Positions 41,321 through 53,770 of a stretch of DNA of 64,000 nucleotides are shown here, in pieces (the stretch's first letter is position 1; each line of letters opens with the position of its first letter). The notes beneath the pieces are model-generated. The model searched no databases, had not been told where the DNA came from, and worked only from the letters and a program-made list of their open reading frames with translations. The stretch is from Octopus sinensis (lineage: Eukaryota): assembly GCF_006345805.1 (NCBI RefSeq), contig NC_042997.1:63922001-63986000 (forward strand), given 5' to 3'. The translations under genes were made by a program, and so were the position numbers.

Positions 41321-41500
41321 AATAAATCATTACATTTGGCAACATTTTGTTACTTCTGTTGACACTAATTTAATTTAAGATTAGAAAAGCTGGTGGAGCG
41401 ATTAAATAAAAATTCATTACGTGATTTAATACATGAATTTAGAGAAAGAGAGAATTAGTACTTGCTAACATATACACATGTATCTGAGAAAATCTTTATA

Positions 41501-42337
41501 CAGGGTGTTCCAAAAATCACTGATGGATTTCAATTTTTAATAACTTCCTCAGCTTTACAAATAAATGCATGAAATTTAGATACAATATAAAGGACATAAC
41601 AGCAATTAATATGCACAAGTCTCATTTTGCAACACAGCTACATCACATGAAAATTACGTCGCTTAATTGGCAGCTATTTTCGCCTTCGCACGCCCATGCT
41701 CTTTCCAAAACTTGCATCATAACACCCTCAAGAGTTTCGACTCCACTTCTCTGATTTCTTTATAGATGTTCTATTTCTGTTGTACTAGAGTCTCAGGTTT
41801 GTTGACGTAAACCCTATCTTTCAGGTATCCATGATTGACACCTCTTTGGGCCCGGCCAATCAGAGTAGACCTCACACATAGTTCCAGCAAGATGGGGCAA
41901 CAACTCAATATGCAAGAGAATAATGCATTTGCTATGGCAGTGCTTTGGAGAGAGAGAATAAGTTTCCACTGCGCCAATGTCAACTTGCCTTCACGTTCCC
42001 CAGACTTGAGTAGCCCGTATTTTTTCTTGTGGGGGTACCTGAAAGAGAGAGTCTACGTCAATAAACCGGAGACCCTGGTGCAACTGAAGGAGAACATCAA
42101 TAGAGAAATCAGAGAAGTGGGGTCTGAATCTCTTGAGGGTGTTATAGTGCAAGTAAAATGACTGCAACATAAAAGATGTTATTTTTCATATGTGATGTCG
42201 TGATATTGCAAAATTTGACTTGTGCATATTAATTTCCATTATGTCCTTTATATTGTATCAACATTTCATGCATTTATTTGTAAAGTAAATGGAGTTATTA
42301 AAAATTGAAACCCATCAGTTACTTTTGGGACACCCTG
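41501..42337. mobile_element. Non-autonomous Tc1/mariner foldback element built from two inverted transposon 3' ends, TA target-site duplication
   Basis: TA|cagggtgttccaaaaatcactgatggatttcaat...attgaaacccatcagttacttttgggacaccctg|TA. Both ~320-bp arms encode GYLK(D/E)RVYVNKPETLVQ; the right arm also has PSRSPDL. Confidence 0.9.
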
Positions 42338-43427
42338 TATATAGAATTGCAATATGTAACCGGAATAGCTTGTTTAACTTGTATGGCTTTAAATACTTTA
42401 ACAATTCTGCTACTTCTGTTTCAGATTTGCATCTTGAAGTCGTATTTATTCCCCACACACCTGGATCTACGATCATTTGGTAATTTTATAACTTTCATTT
42501 CTAAATTGGGTTATAAAACCGCATTTTAAATAATTTTTTTTCTTTTGCCTTTAATGTTATGCAGAGCACATGCATCCTCAAACTGCTCATGCTGATTTTA
42601 ACTATCATTTCTATCGCTTCTTTATTAATGAAATTATATGCATTGAGGTAACTTTACAAGGTGTGAAGATATTGTGGGAAAGAAGCAGTGCCTCTGTAGA
42701 GTTGTATATCTTTTGCAAGCTTCTAGCTTTATTGGATGATCCTGCCTCGAATTAATCGTTCTATTTCCTGCTCAGCTTTCAAAAAGCTCGAACGTGTCAG
42801 GCTTTCATTTCACCGATTTTCCACTCCCGCATTTTCCCCTTTCAGTACTAATAACGTCAAGCTTTAAATATAGTGTTCGGTTGCAAGCAATTTTAAGCAA
42901 TATTTCTGTTAACATTTGCTCAGACAATATTCTTTCTCTTCATATTTCTCCTCTCCTTTTCTTTGTTTCACTTTTTCTCTTAACCTCCACCCAAACGTTA
43001 TCCCTTTCTTTTCTCTTTATCTTTTTTTGAATTCATATTTAGAGTTCCACTTTTCTCCCACCTTTTCCCCTTTTCTGTTCCCTTTCATCTTTACATGGGA
43101 TTAATAATTATTTCTATAAATATTTGCGTTCCATATACAATAATCTGCTCCATTAAACTTCATAATTTCATCAGATATTTTATGTCTTGATTTTGTCTTT
43201 ATTATTTGCTGTATCATTTATATACTTACACATACTTACACATTTAGATATATGGATATATACGTGTACACAAATACACAGACACACATACACGCACATA
43301 CAAACACACACACACATACAAATAAACGTATAAATGCAAACACAAAAGTATGTATATTGTTGTGTATATATGTGTTTCCGTGTGTATATGTTTATATAGT
43401 ATATGTGTATATATATATATATGTATA

Positions 43428-43471
<44 letters not shown>

Positions 43472-43493
43472 ATATAATTATATATAATATAAT

Positions 43494-43583
<90 letters not shown>

Positions 43584-43767
43584 ATACATATATATATTAA
43601 TGTAAGGACATCTGACATACTAACTATAAATTAAAGCTTCATTCAATATGTTTTTAATGCTCATAAGCAAGTGAACCTCGTGTAATGGTGAACAAATAAT
43701 GCCATGAATACTTATTCAATCATCTGATTTTCATATACATACATACATATATATAGGAAATATATAA

Positions 43768-44270
43768 TGAAAATAGACGGGAGATATGCCCGGATATTGG
43801 TAAGTGCTACGGACAGATTATAGTTAAGCTCTAGATTTAAGGATTATGCGAATGAGGAGGTCAACGTAGGTCATATATCAGCAGGGATATTGCTGACAAC
43901 ATGAATTAGGTTGAACTCCCCATTCGCATAATCTTAACTATGGTCTGTCCATAGCAATATTCCTGCATATTCACGTCTGTTTTCATCCTCCACTTTACTC
44001 TCTATTTTATATATTATCTAGAATAACTATTGCTTAACCATTTTCTAACACCGTCTCCAATGAAGGGATATATAAAATATCCCGTAAACAGTTGTAATAC
44101 CTATTTATAAATGTTCTGAAATATTTCACAGCCTTGGATTTTTATCTCATTCTGAAATTATATTTTATATATATACATGCTGATATATGACCTACGTTGG
44201 ACCCCTCATTTGCATAATCACCGAATCTGGTGCTTAACTATAGTCTGTCCATAGCACTTAATCAACATTA
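43768..44270 (+). mobile_element. Non-coding HHR-containing unit (~287-bp period, 1.3 tandem copies) preceded by an inverted partial copy
   Basis: 43795-43883 is the reverse complement of 44178-44270. 43891-43960 is a diverged direct copy of the same segment. HHR motif at 44053-44100. Confidence 0.7.
44053..44100 (+). ncRNA. Degenerate type I minimal hammerhead ribozyme
   Basis: gtct-CCAATGA-a-GGGATAT(ataaa)ATATCCC-gTAA-ACAGTTGT-A-atac. Perfect 7-bp stem II; mutated core. Confidence 0.6.
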
Positions 44271-44574
44271 CCTGACACCTTTGGATCTTATTGACACCAT
44301 TATGTCTCATAACCTATATATATGTGTCTGTGTGTGTGCGTGTGTGTGTGTGTGCGTGTGTATGTGTGTGTGTGTGTTTGTGTGTCTGTGTGTAGATTCA
44401 CAATTTAAATCTCTTATACGGGTATTTTATCCAAGATACTCTAGTTTAATATGTTATATTTTCAAGTTATATTTCTTCAATGAATATATTATATAAAATA
44501 TAGTGGAATAGCAAACATTGTTATCTTTCTCTGCTTTCTAACTCGATAACAATGTTTCATATTTTATTATATGC

Positions 44575-44606
<32 letters not shown>

Positions 44607-44718
44607 TTATATATATATATATATATAATTTTAATCGAAACGGGAAACAAAAAAACAACAACGATGGAACAATTACAGTATTATTATTAATAGGCGCTCA
44701 GGAAATGGAAGCAGGGAG

Positions 44719-44753
44719 GTATGACGTTTCGAGCGGAGCTCTTCGTCGGAAAC
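44719..44753 (-). ncRNA. Minimal type I hammerhead at the PLE 3' terminus (U4C variant)
   Basis: gttt-CCGACGA-a-GAGC(tcc)GCTC-GAA-ACGT-C-atac. Palindromic stem III ACGT, GUC triplet, one stem I mismatch. Confidence 0.75.
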
Positions 44754-45499
44754 ATAAAGAAGGAAGAGAGAGGAAAGAAAGATCCCAGAGCGGGCAACAG
44801 GGATAGAGAAAAAAAACAACTGGTGTTTACGAGTTACACATGGTGAAAGGCGGATGTTTACGATAACAAGAGCAAAGTAGGTTTTTAAAGGCAAAAGAGT
44901 GGAGACAAGGTTGGTAACGCAACAGATGTGTGTGTATGTGTGAGTGTGTGCGTGTGCGTGTGTGTATGTGTGTGTGTGAGGCGAGATAAAAAAACAAAAA
45001 ATATATGTATGTGTTAGTGTGTGCGTCTGTGTGTAGGCGTGTGAGGTAGGGCGAGACAATGGTCAGCATAGCAGACAAAGGTCAGTAGTAAGAAAAAGAA
45101 GGAAGGAGGAAGGGAGGGAGGGGAAGGGGTGGGGCGTATGTAGCGTGCCAGCGTGTGTTGAGTAGTAGTGTGTGTGTGTGTCCAGTGTCGTGGTAGTATT
45201 AATGGCGAGTAGATTGAATGTGTGTAAGAGTAATGTATATATTTAAGCAATGTGTGTATATGTGTGCGCGTGTGTGTAACGAAAAAGGGGGGGGGGTTAA
45301 GGAAAAAGGGCTCCAGCTGAGGGGAAGATGGAAGAGTGGTCCCGCGGAGACGGGCGTGGGAAAACCCAACGACAAGCGACGGTCCCAGGAACGGGCGGAA
45401 GGTCTCGTCGGGTCCAAGAGCGAAGTGCATGCGGCGCGTATGCGTGCGCGAACCGGCGCAAGCGCGTGTGTGCGCGCGCCTGCGAGTATGCGCGTAAGT

Positions 45500-46845
45500 A
45501 TGTATGTGTGTGGATGTGTGAGTGTGTCTGTGTGTATGTCTGGGTGGCAGTGTGTCCGATGAATGTATGTGAGTATGTGTGTATATATGTGTGTGCATAG
45601 ATGTATGTCCGTGTGTGTGTGTGTGTGTGTATGTGTATGAGTGTGTATGTATGTACGTGTGGGTGTGGGGAAGTGTGTGTATGTGCATGTGTGTGCGCGT
45701 ACATACAGGTGTGTGAGTGAGTGTGTGTGTGTATGTATGTGTGAGTGTGTATGTATGTGTGTGTAGGATGCATGTATGTGTATGGGTGTATGTATGCGTG
45801 TGTGTATGTATGTATGTGTACGTGCGTGTGTGTGTGTGTATGCGTGTAGGTGTGCGCGTGTGCATGCATGCATGCATGTGCGTATGTGTGTGTGTGCATG
45901 TGTGTGGGTATATATGTATGTGCGTATATGTGTGTGTATGTGCGTACATGTGTGTGTGTGTATGCATGTGTGTGTATGTAGGTGTGTAGGCGTGTGTGTA
46001 TAGGTGTATGTATGTAAGTATGTATGGGTGTGTCCGTGTATGTGTGTGTATGTATGTGTGTATATGTAGGTGTGTGGGCGTGTGTATATGTGTGTGTATG
46101 TAGGTGTGTGGGCGTGTGTATATAGGTATATGTATGTATGTCTGGGTGTGTCCGTGCATGTTTGTGTGTGTGTGTATGCATGTGTATGTAGGTGTGTGTG
46201 TACGTGTGTAATGTATGTGTGTATGCGTGTGTATGCGTGCGTGTGTGTATGTAGGTGCGTGTGTATGTGTGTGGGAGTGTAGGTGTGTGTGTGCGTGTGT
46301 GTGTTTGTGTGAGTGTGTATGTGTGTATGTCTGTGTGTATGTATGTGCGTATAGGAGTATGTAGGTATGTGTGTGTGTATGTATATGGGTGTATGTATGT
46401 ATGTGTGTGTGCATGTGTATAAGTATATGTGTGTGTGCGTATGTGTGTGTGTAGATGTATGTATGTATGGGTGTGTGTCTGTGTGTGTTTGTGTGTGTGT
46501 GTAGGTAGATGTGTGTCTGAGTGAGGGTATGGCTGTGTAGGTGTGTGTGTGTATGAATGTAAGTGTGTGTGTATACAAGTGTAATGTATGTATGTAGGTG
46601 TGTGGTGTGTGTGTGTATGTGTACGTGTGCGTGTGTATGTGTGTGTGTGTATGCGTGTGAGTGTGAGTGTATGGGTGTATGTCTCTGTGTGTGTATGTCT
46701 GAAGTAGGTATGTGTGTGTATGTATGTATGTGTGTGTGTGTGTGGGTATGTGTGTGTGTGTGTATGTGTGTGTGTGAGTAGGTGTGCGTGTATGTATGTG
46801 GGTAAGGATGCATGCGAGTGTGTGGGTATGTATGCGTACATACGC
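45500..46845. repeat. Highly interrupted (TG/CA)n tract within the PLE 3' UTR
   Basis: Read directly; source of the spurious 538-626 aa H/T-rich ORFs. Confidence 0.95.
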
Positions 46846-47479
46846 ACGCGCACATCCGAAGCAAGCCCACACACACGAAGCGCGCTCACGCACACAACGC
46901 ACAAGCAGTACAACGCAAGCCCAAGGGGCCGACCAAGCCCCCAGCGCGCGCCAAGGCGCGCGAGCGCAAAGGCCCTCGAACGCCCCGCTACGCGGGAACC
47001 GAGGTTCCATCAGCCAAAACCGGAAAGCAGAAAAGAGGGGGTGCTGCCTGGATGCAAAAAGGTGTATGTGTGTGTGCATTCAGTATAAGGGTGTGCATGT
47101 GTGGGTATGTATGTATGTATGTGCCTACATGTATGTGTGCATGTGGTGTGTGTGTGAAGTATGTACGTGCGGTGCGTGTGTGTGTGAGTGTGTGTGTATG
47201 TATGTGCGTATGTGTATGTTGTGGTGTGTATGTGTGTATGTATGTCTGTGTGTGTGTGTATGTGTGTAAGTATTATGTGTGTGGTGTATGTATGTATGTG
47301 TGTGTGTATGTGCATGTTGGTTTGTATGTTAGTGTGTGCATGTATGTCTGTAAGTGTGTGTGATTAAATGTGTGAATGTATGTACGTAGATGGGTCTACG
47401 TATGTGTGTGTGTGAACAGGCGTGTGGGAGGTAGGTGATGGGTGTGTGTGGGTGGTGTGTCCGGGGAAAAAAAAAAACG

Positions 47480-48865
47480 GATCTCAAGAGGAGGGGGCTG
47501 TGTTAAGTCCGTGTGGGGTGGTAGTTTGTAGGGTGAAGATGTAGCGTTGCTCCAAGTGGGGCCTGGAAAGTGGGCGACCATTGTGGGGGCGAGACCAAAC
47601 ACTGAGATGTCATCTAGGGAATGGCCGGCCGAGCGGAAGTGGCGTGCGACGGGAGAAAAAGAGTGTAGGCGAACGTCCCTCAAGTGTTCAGTGAAACGGT
47701 CGGACAACCGGCGTCCCGTCTGTCCTACATACAGCATCCCGCATAGGTTGCATTTAATGCAGTAAATAAGGCCAGACGAGGTGCACGTAAAAGAGTGCCT
47801 AATGCGTACAGTATGCAGGTTGGAGCCGGTGACAGCGGTGGTGTTGGTGATGAAGGGGCAAGTGTTGCAGCGGGATCTAGAGCAAGGGAATGATCCGTGT
47901 GGGGCTGAGGGGAAGGAGAGAGGGTGCTGTGGACCAGGAGGTCACGCAGATTGCGGGCTCGTTTGAAAGAGGACAGGGGTGGGTTAGGGAAAATGGGGCG
48001 GGTGGTGGGATGAAGCTGGAGGCGACAGAAGGCACGTAGTATCTTGCGACGAAGGGGGGTAGGGTAGGGGGTGGAAAAGGAGGGGGAAGGGGGCGGTTGG
48101 GGGCGGGCGGGGGGAAGGAGACAGGGCGGTAGTGCGGTCGATGCGACGGGCGCGGGGAGGGCATCAGAGAGGAGTATGGGTGGGTAACCTCGGAGTCTGA
48201 ACATGCGGGCCAGGTATTGAGATTGGGTCTCGAAATCCTGGTCGCGGCTGCACAAACGTCGGAGGCGGAGGAACTGGGAGTAGGGGATGGCTCGTTTTGT
48301 GTGGAAGGGGTGGGAGGAAGAGAAGTTGAGATAGAGGTGGGAATCCGTAGGTTTAAAGAAGGCGGTGGTGGTGAGAGAGTTGGAGGGGTGATCGATGCGG
48401 AGAGAGATGTCAAGGAAGTTGACAGAGGTGTTGGAGATAGTGGAGGTGAATTGAAGAGAGGGGTGAAAGTTGGAAAGGAAAGAGATGAATTGGCAGAGAA
48501 GTTCACGGGAAAGGGAGGTGGCACCTACGCAGTCGTCGATATAGCGACCTATAGTTCGGGGGTCGGCCCAGAGAACTGGGAGAACACTTGGGCCTCAATG
48601 TAGCCAAGAAAGAGATTGGCGAAATTGGGGCCCATCCTAGTTCCCATCGCGACCCCGGACTTCTGTTGGTACGTTTCCCCGGCGAACGTGAAGCAATTGA
48701 GGGTGAGGACGAGCTCATCAAAACGGATAAGGGTGGGGGTGCTGGGGGTGGGGTCGGGACGACGGTCGAGGAAGTGTTGGAGGGCTAGGAGACCGTCATT
48801 GTGGGGAATCACTGTGTACAGGGATTTTACATCTAAAGTGAAGAGGAGGTGTGAGGGGCTATATA
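47480..48865 (-). pseudogene. PLE polyprotein remnant: reverse transcriptase + GIY-YIG endonuclease, with a few frameshifts
   Basis: LFTLDVKSLYTVIPH, YQQKSGVAMGTRMGPNFANLF, GRYIDDCVG (YIDD at 48532-48543), FLDI, KPTDSHLYLNFSSSHP, PYSQFLRLRRLCS, CSRSRCNTC linker, LIYCIKCNLCGMLYVGQTGRRLSDRFTEH. Confidence 0.95.
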
Positions 48866-49268
48866 TAAAAGAGTTTGTGTATGTGCGTATGTTTCTTATG
48901 CATTCCAAAATCGAGTTGCCGATTTTGACGTAAGGGATATCAACAGATTCAGTAAGCTTTTGGCTACCAACTGAATTATATTTTTATCCATATATTTGCA
49001 TTACAGATAATTAACATTATCATTCTTCTTTTATTCACCTATCGTAAGCGACATTTTATATCATAACCACAACGACGATGACGTTGCATTTTCTATATGA
49101 GTGTATTCGCACGTTCGTTACCAACATTAAGCCAATGATTGACAAGTATATATGTGTGACAGTGCATGTGTCTGTCAGCATGCATACATTTTTGAGACGA
49201 CTAACACACATACACACACACATCTAAAGACAGAGACAGACACACACAGAGGCAGAAATACGTTAATT

Positions 49269-49306
<38 letters not shown>

Positions 49307-50732
49307 GGTGTATTTATGTAACTTCCCCCCATGCAACAGTGAAACGCGCCGATATTGAAAGTTTAATTCCGGCCTGGACTGACTTCGAACAAACAACAAC
49401 GTTCATATTCAAGTACTACCAACATGAAGATTTGGCTGATTTAATACTACTTTCAATGCTAGAAAATATATCTGAAAAAATATAATTATTCTGGTTATTA
49501 TATCAAATTTGGAAACTTGGCCCCAGGGGCTCTTTCATTATAATTACAGAAATATTATTCCACTCCTTTAAACAGTTACAAGATAATGATTTTTAACAGT
49601 CCTTATATTCTTCATCATTGTGAGTATCAACGCCGCACAACTTTTTTACTGTGTTTGTATTCATTCTACAGCCTATAACGTTGCACAGTTAAAATATAAA
49701 GTAATGTCAAATTAATTTATATGTTGTTACATACATCTATCAGCAAATATTTTAAATCGACGTTCACAACAACAGCATCTTCCTTTTTATACACTTGGTT
49801 CAGCGTTCGTTTCAAAATTGTAAAATATATTATTTTTGTATGAAAAATTGAATTATGCCTTCTGAATTTTATTGGATTTTCACTTTCTTCATCGTGACAT
49901 TCATTCAGTCGGGTTCAATCGTGTTCCAAATAAATGTTGACTTTCTGTATTTTCTTACATTTGTGACGCATACTAAGTTTTGCTAAATTGGTGAGTTTCT
50001 ATTTTTTATAGCATTATTATGCTACAGAAAGTATGATTTGCGCCTATATTGACTACATTTCGTTTCGCTTGAATTCGTGTGTGTACGTTTTGCTGTTTCC
50101 AATATTATCAATTTTATGAGTGTGTGTGTTTCTGCTTTCGTTACGCCTATAGTAAACTACGGTAAAGAACATTTTAGGCTGTTTTAATGGGCACGAATCT
50201 AATGAAGTAGCCATCCTTATGGTTGGTGATCTCTTTGAAAATTATGATATTCTCATTCGTGTTCAAGGTAAACTTAAACGTGTTTCACAGACTCATCCCC
50301 CTTTTTTCAATTGTGTAATTTGTGTTTGTAATGAGCGTATTTAAAAACCTAATCTTCGATATAAAGTTAAAAGGAAGTTTTCCCTGAAATCCTGTCCTTT
50401 ACCTCTCCTTGCTAGCATGTCCGAGCTTACATTTCCGTCCACCACCCCGTATATTTTTTCCCCTAATTTTCTTCCAATTTCTATGTTTACGATACAAGAG
50501 ATTAGAATTTCACTCACAAAACACGTTCTCAATATTTTAATTTTCTCCCTCTGCACACCAAATTCATATTTTACTGGTTTCAAATTTTTACTCTTGGTAA
50601 TCCAAGGAGAAAAAACAGAATTCGAATCTTTAAGAATTTTACCCATCACCTCACCACTTTCAAAAGGCTACACATTCTTAATGTTTCACTTTTAGCTTTT
50701 TGGATAGCAGGCAAGTTTCTTAAGAAATGATG

Positions 50733-51191
50733 TCGTTTACCTGTTGTTTCTAGCATGTGGTCTGGTATTTTTAAAGTCTAATATTCTAGTATAATTCTAC
50801 CCATGTGGGAAACATCTGACAAAAGTGAAAAATTAGTAGATGTTAGCCTTTTGAAAGCTGGTAGGTGATGGGTGTGGGAGATGGGGAAAGAGGCATTGAG
50901 TGTTTCTTTAAGAAAAAATAAACTATTAAAATATATATTTCCCAGGAAATTACGAATCTGGGAAATATATATATTTTTTAATAGTTTATTTTTTCTTAAA
51001 GAAACACTCAATGCCTCTTCCCGCATCTCCCCCACCCATCACCTACCAGCTTTCAAAAGGCTAAAATCTACTAATTTTTCACTTTTGTCAGATATTTCCC
51101 ACATGGGTAGAATTATACTAGAATAGTAGGCTTTAAAAATACCAGACCACTTCCAGAAAAACCCGACATGCTAGAAATAACAGGTAAACGA
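50733..51191. repeat. Large near-perfect inverted repeat (~215-bp arms, ~12-nt loop), probable foldback/MITE core
   Basis: tcgtttacctgttgtttctagcatg...aaaatatatatttcccag-gaaattacgaat-ctgggaaatatatat...catgctagaaataacaggtaaacga. ORFs 50778- and 50872+ mirror each other. Confidence 0.92.
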
Positions 51192-51779
51192 AATGCGGTG
51201 GAGATAGGGGAAAATTAAAATTTTGAAAATATTATTTCTGGACAAAATTTTATTAACCCCCTTTCATATGATGAAAGAATACATAGTTTCTGATCCTTCT
51301 TAAGAACAGAGAGCATTTTCATATAAAACCATGCAAGTTGTACCCTCACCCCAGTATTAAACAAAAAAAAACTTTCATTATTCCATTAACTATATATCAG
51401 CTGTGCCGATTCTGCCCATGAGAAAAGAGGAAAGGGCGTTTTACACGTTAATTGTGGGGAAAACAACAGATATTTCAGTCATGAAAGAAGTATATGGTAA
51501 AGATGTTGCTATCCTCCACATTGAATATAAATGCAGCAAACAAATGGACACTCAGTTCCATTGAGGATGATCATGTCGAGCAATGTACTGTGGATGGCGA
51601 AAGTTTGTGGAATACGCTCCAGAAATGAACCACTGAACTTATTAAAGGCAACCTGCTAGTCTGAGAGAAAAGTACTTCAGATTATGGGGGGAATTATCCA
51701 TCATACAGCAATGATCCGTTCACCAATATCCGTCGTGATACCCTCAATTCTTTCTTTTATCGCATTACTCAGTGCTTGT

Positions 51780-52030
51780 GGAGGCGCGTGACTTAGTGAT
51801 TAGGCTGTTGGACTCATGAAGGGAAGATTATGGTTTCGATTCTTGGACCGGATTCTTGAGCAAAACGTTCACGTTGCTCCAGTGCTCCAGTCCACTCAGC
51901 TGCCCAAACTGAGCAGTCCTGCGACGAGCCAGCGTCCCGTTCAGGGTGGTAATATACGCCACGGAAGCAGGGAAAACGGCCCTGTGAGTCTATGTAACTC
52001 GAGAAGTATCGTTAACGTTTTATTTTTTCC
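51780..52030 (+). mobile_element. tRNA-derived SINE, family C (degenerate)
   Basis: ggaggcgcgtgacttagtgattagg (A box) ... ggtttcgattctt (B box) ... ttgagcaaaacgttcac...tccactcagctg. Confidence 0.7.
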
Positions 52031-53216
52031 TACTCAGTGCTCCGATGCGGCTTTTCAATAGAAATCTGTAATATACGAAAGAGAGTACTTTTCTGCTTTT
52101 TCCAGAATTTTTTCATTTTCTCAACATTAATTTCAATTCACCGTAGTAATGTATCTTCCGAAAGTAGTCGACAAGAACGCGGATTGACACATCGGTCGGT
52201 AAGCACATTTTAAACTTAGTGTCGTATTATATGAATTTTTGCATATCCCCATGGATGTATCCTTAAAACTCTTCAAACTGCTTCAGATTACTCTAACCTG
52301 TTTCTAATGAGTTCGAGTGCGAGCGCATTATATTTATCACTCCCCCACCTCCTTTTACCAAGTAGCATAAATATCACAATTTATCTTCAGAATTTCATGG
52401 TGGCCAACAAACTGGGTGACATGAAAATTTAAGTACTGTAACCTACCAAAAGTATGAACCATGAAGACTCCAGGTAACTGTGTTACAATTTGTATAACTA
52501 TAACTTCCATAAGGTCTTTTTGTATTTCATGTCACTTTCTTCAAATCTATTCTAACTTTACAAGAAGATAAAAAGAGATTCTGAATTTAATGTAAACTTT
52601 TACTAGCTCGCGTTGATTTCATGCCGAAACATTCTGGAGTTACAAAATTCTCAAACTGGCTGTCGAGGACGTAAAAATCTTTTCACTTGGTGTAATAAAA
52701 GTCAGCTTGTAGAAAATATTTCTGTGAAGCATAGCTTCGGCACGTTCTAAACGGTAGACTGCGATCCTACAATTTTATCATCATTATTATTAATGTTTTC
52801 AATTATTTTTTATAGTGTAACTACTAAAGTTCAAGTGAAGCAATCATATTTTAGCGAACATAATTCAATTATGGTACCTTTGATAAACATCGATAACAAT
52901 AGGTAAAATTAACGTCTGCTGTTAGCAGCAAATGAACGGGAACTGAATATTACCGGTTTATTATGACAAAAGAAATGTAAACAGAAATATGTGCGTCACA
53001 TTTTTGTTTCTTTCCTTGTTGTATTCAAGGGAAATAACTTTCCATTGCTACGTTTACTGAAACTGGCGTCTAAGGGAGATAACTATAACTGTATTATTTT
53101 TCCTCTCTTCCACTTTTTGTGGCCTTTATACTTGCACGGTACTTAGGGCAGTGTGCGGTGTGCTGTGATGTGGTTTAGTGTGTGTGTGTGTGTACATACA
53201 TATTTGTGCATTCATG

Positions 53217-53255
<39 letters not shown>

Positions 53256-53301
53256 ATATATATATATATTATATATATATGTATATATATATCTATATCT
53301 A

Positions 53302-53385
<84 letters not shown>

Positions 53386-53409
53386 GGTACTTGATATGTA
53401 TTGATTGAT

Positions 53410-53612
53410 TTCAATTTTTGGCACAGGGTCGGCAATTCTAAGAAGGGATTAAGTCGATTACATCGACCCCCAGCTCTACTAGTAAGTATTTTATCAACCT
53501 CGAAAGGATGAAAGGCAAAGTCAAGCTGGGCAGAATTTGAACTCAAAAGATGGATGAAATATCACTAATCACATTGATCGGTGTGCTAACGATTCTGCCA
53601 GCTCGCCCCCTT
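53410..53612 (-). mobile_element. tRNA-derived SINE, family B
   Basis: Reverse complement begins gggggcgagctggcagaatcgttagc...gagttcaaattctgcc...tttgcctttcatcctttcg. Confidence 0.85.
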
Positions 53613-53645
53613 AGGAGTTGGTATATATATATATATTATATATAT

Positions 53646-53770
<125 letters not shown>

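Larger units (their letters stand above)
44625..48865 (-). mobile_element. 5'-truncated Penelope-like element, Neptune-type (RT, Cys linker, C-terminal GIY-YIG, long CA-rich 3' UTR, terminal HHR)
   Basis: Coding remnant at ~47480-48865 and HHR at 44719-44753. Junctions lie at TA-rich runs (48860-48867 and 44608-44627). Confidence 0.9.

Noticed and set aside
45385-45415. Twister-like string gacggtcccaggaacgggcggaagg and, on the minus strand, HHR-core-like CCGACGAGAC
   Set aside because: There is no upstream UAA cleavage loop or consistent P4/pseudoknot for twister, and no downstream GAAA or stem III for a hammerhead.
45014-47079. 538-626 aa H/T/Y-rich ORFs
   Set aside because: They are translations of interrupted (CA)n repeat, open in all three frames only because the repeat lacks stop codons.
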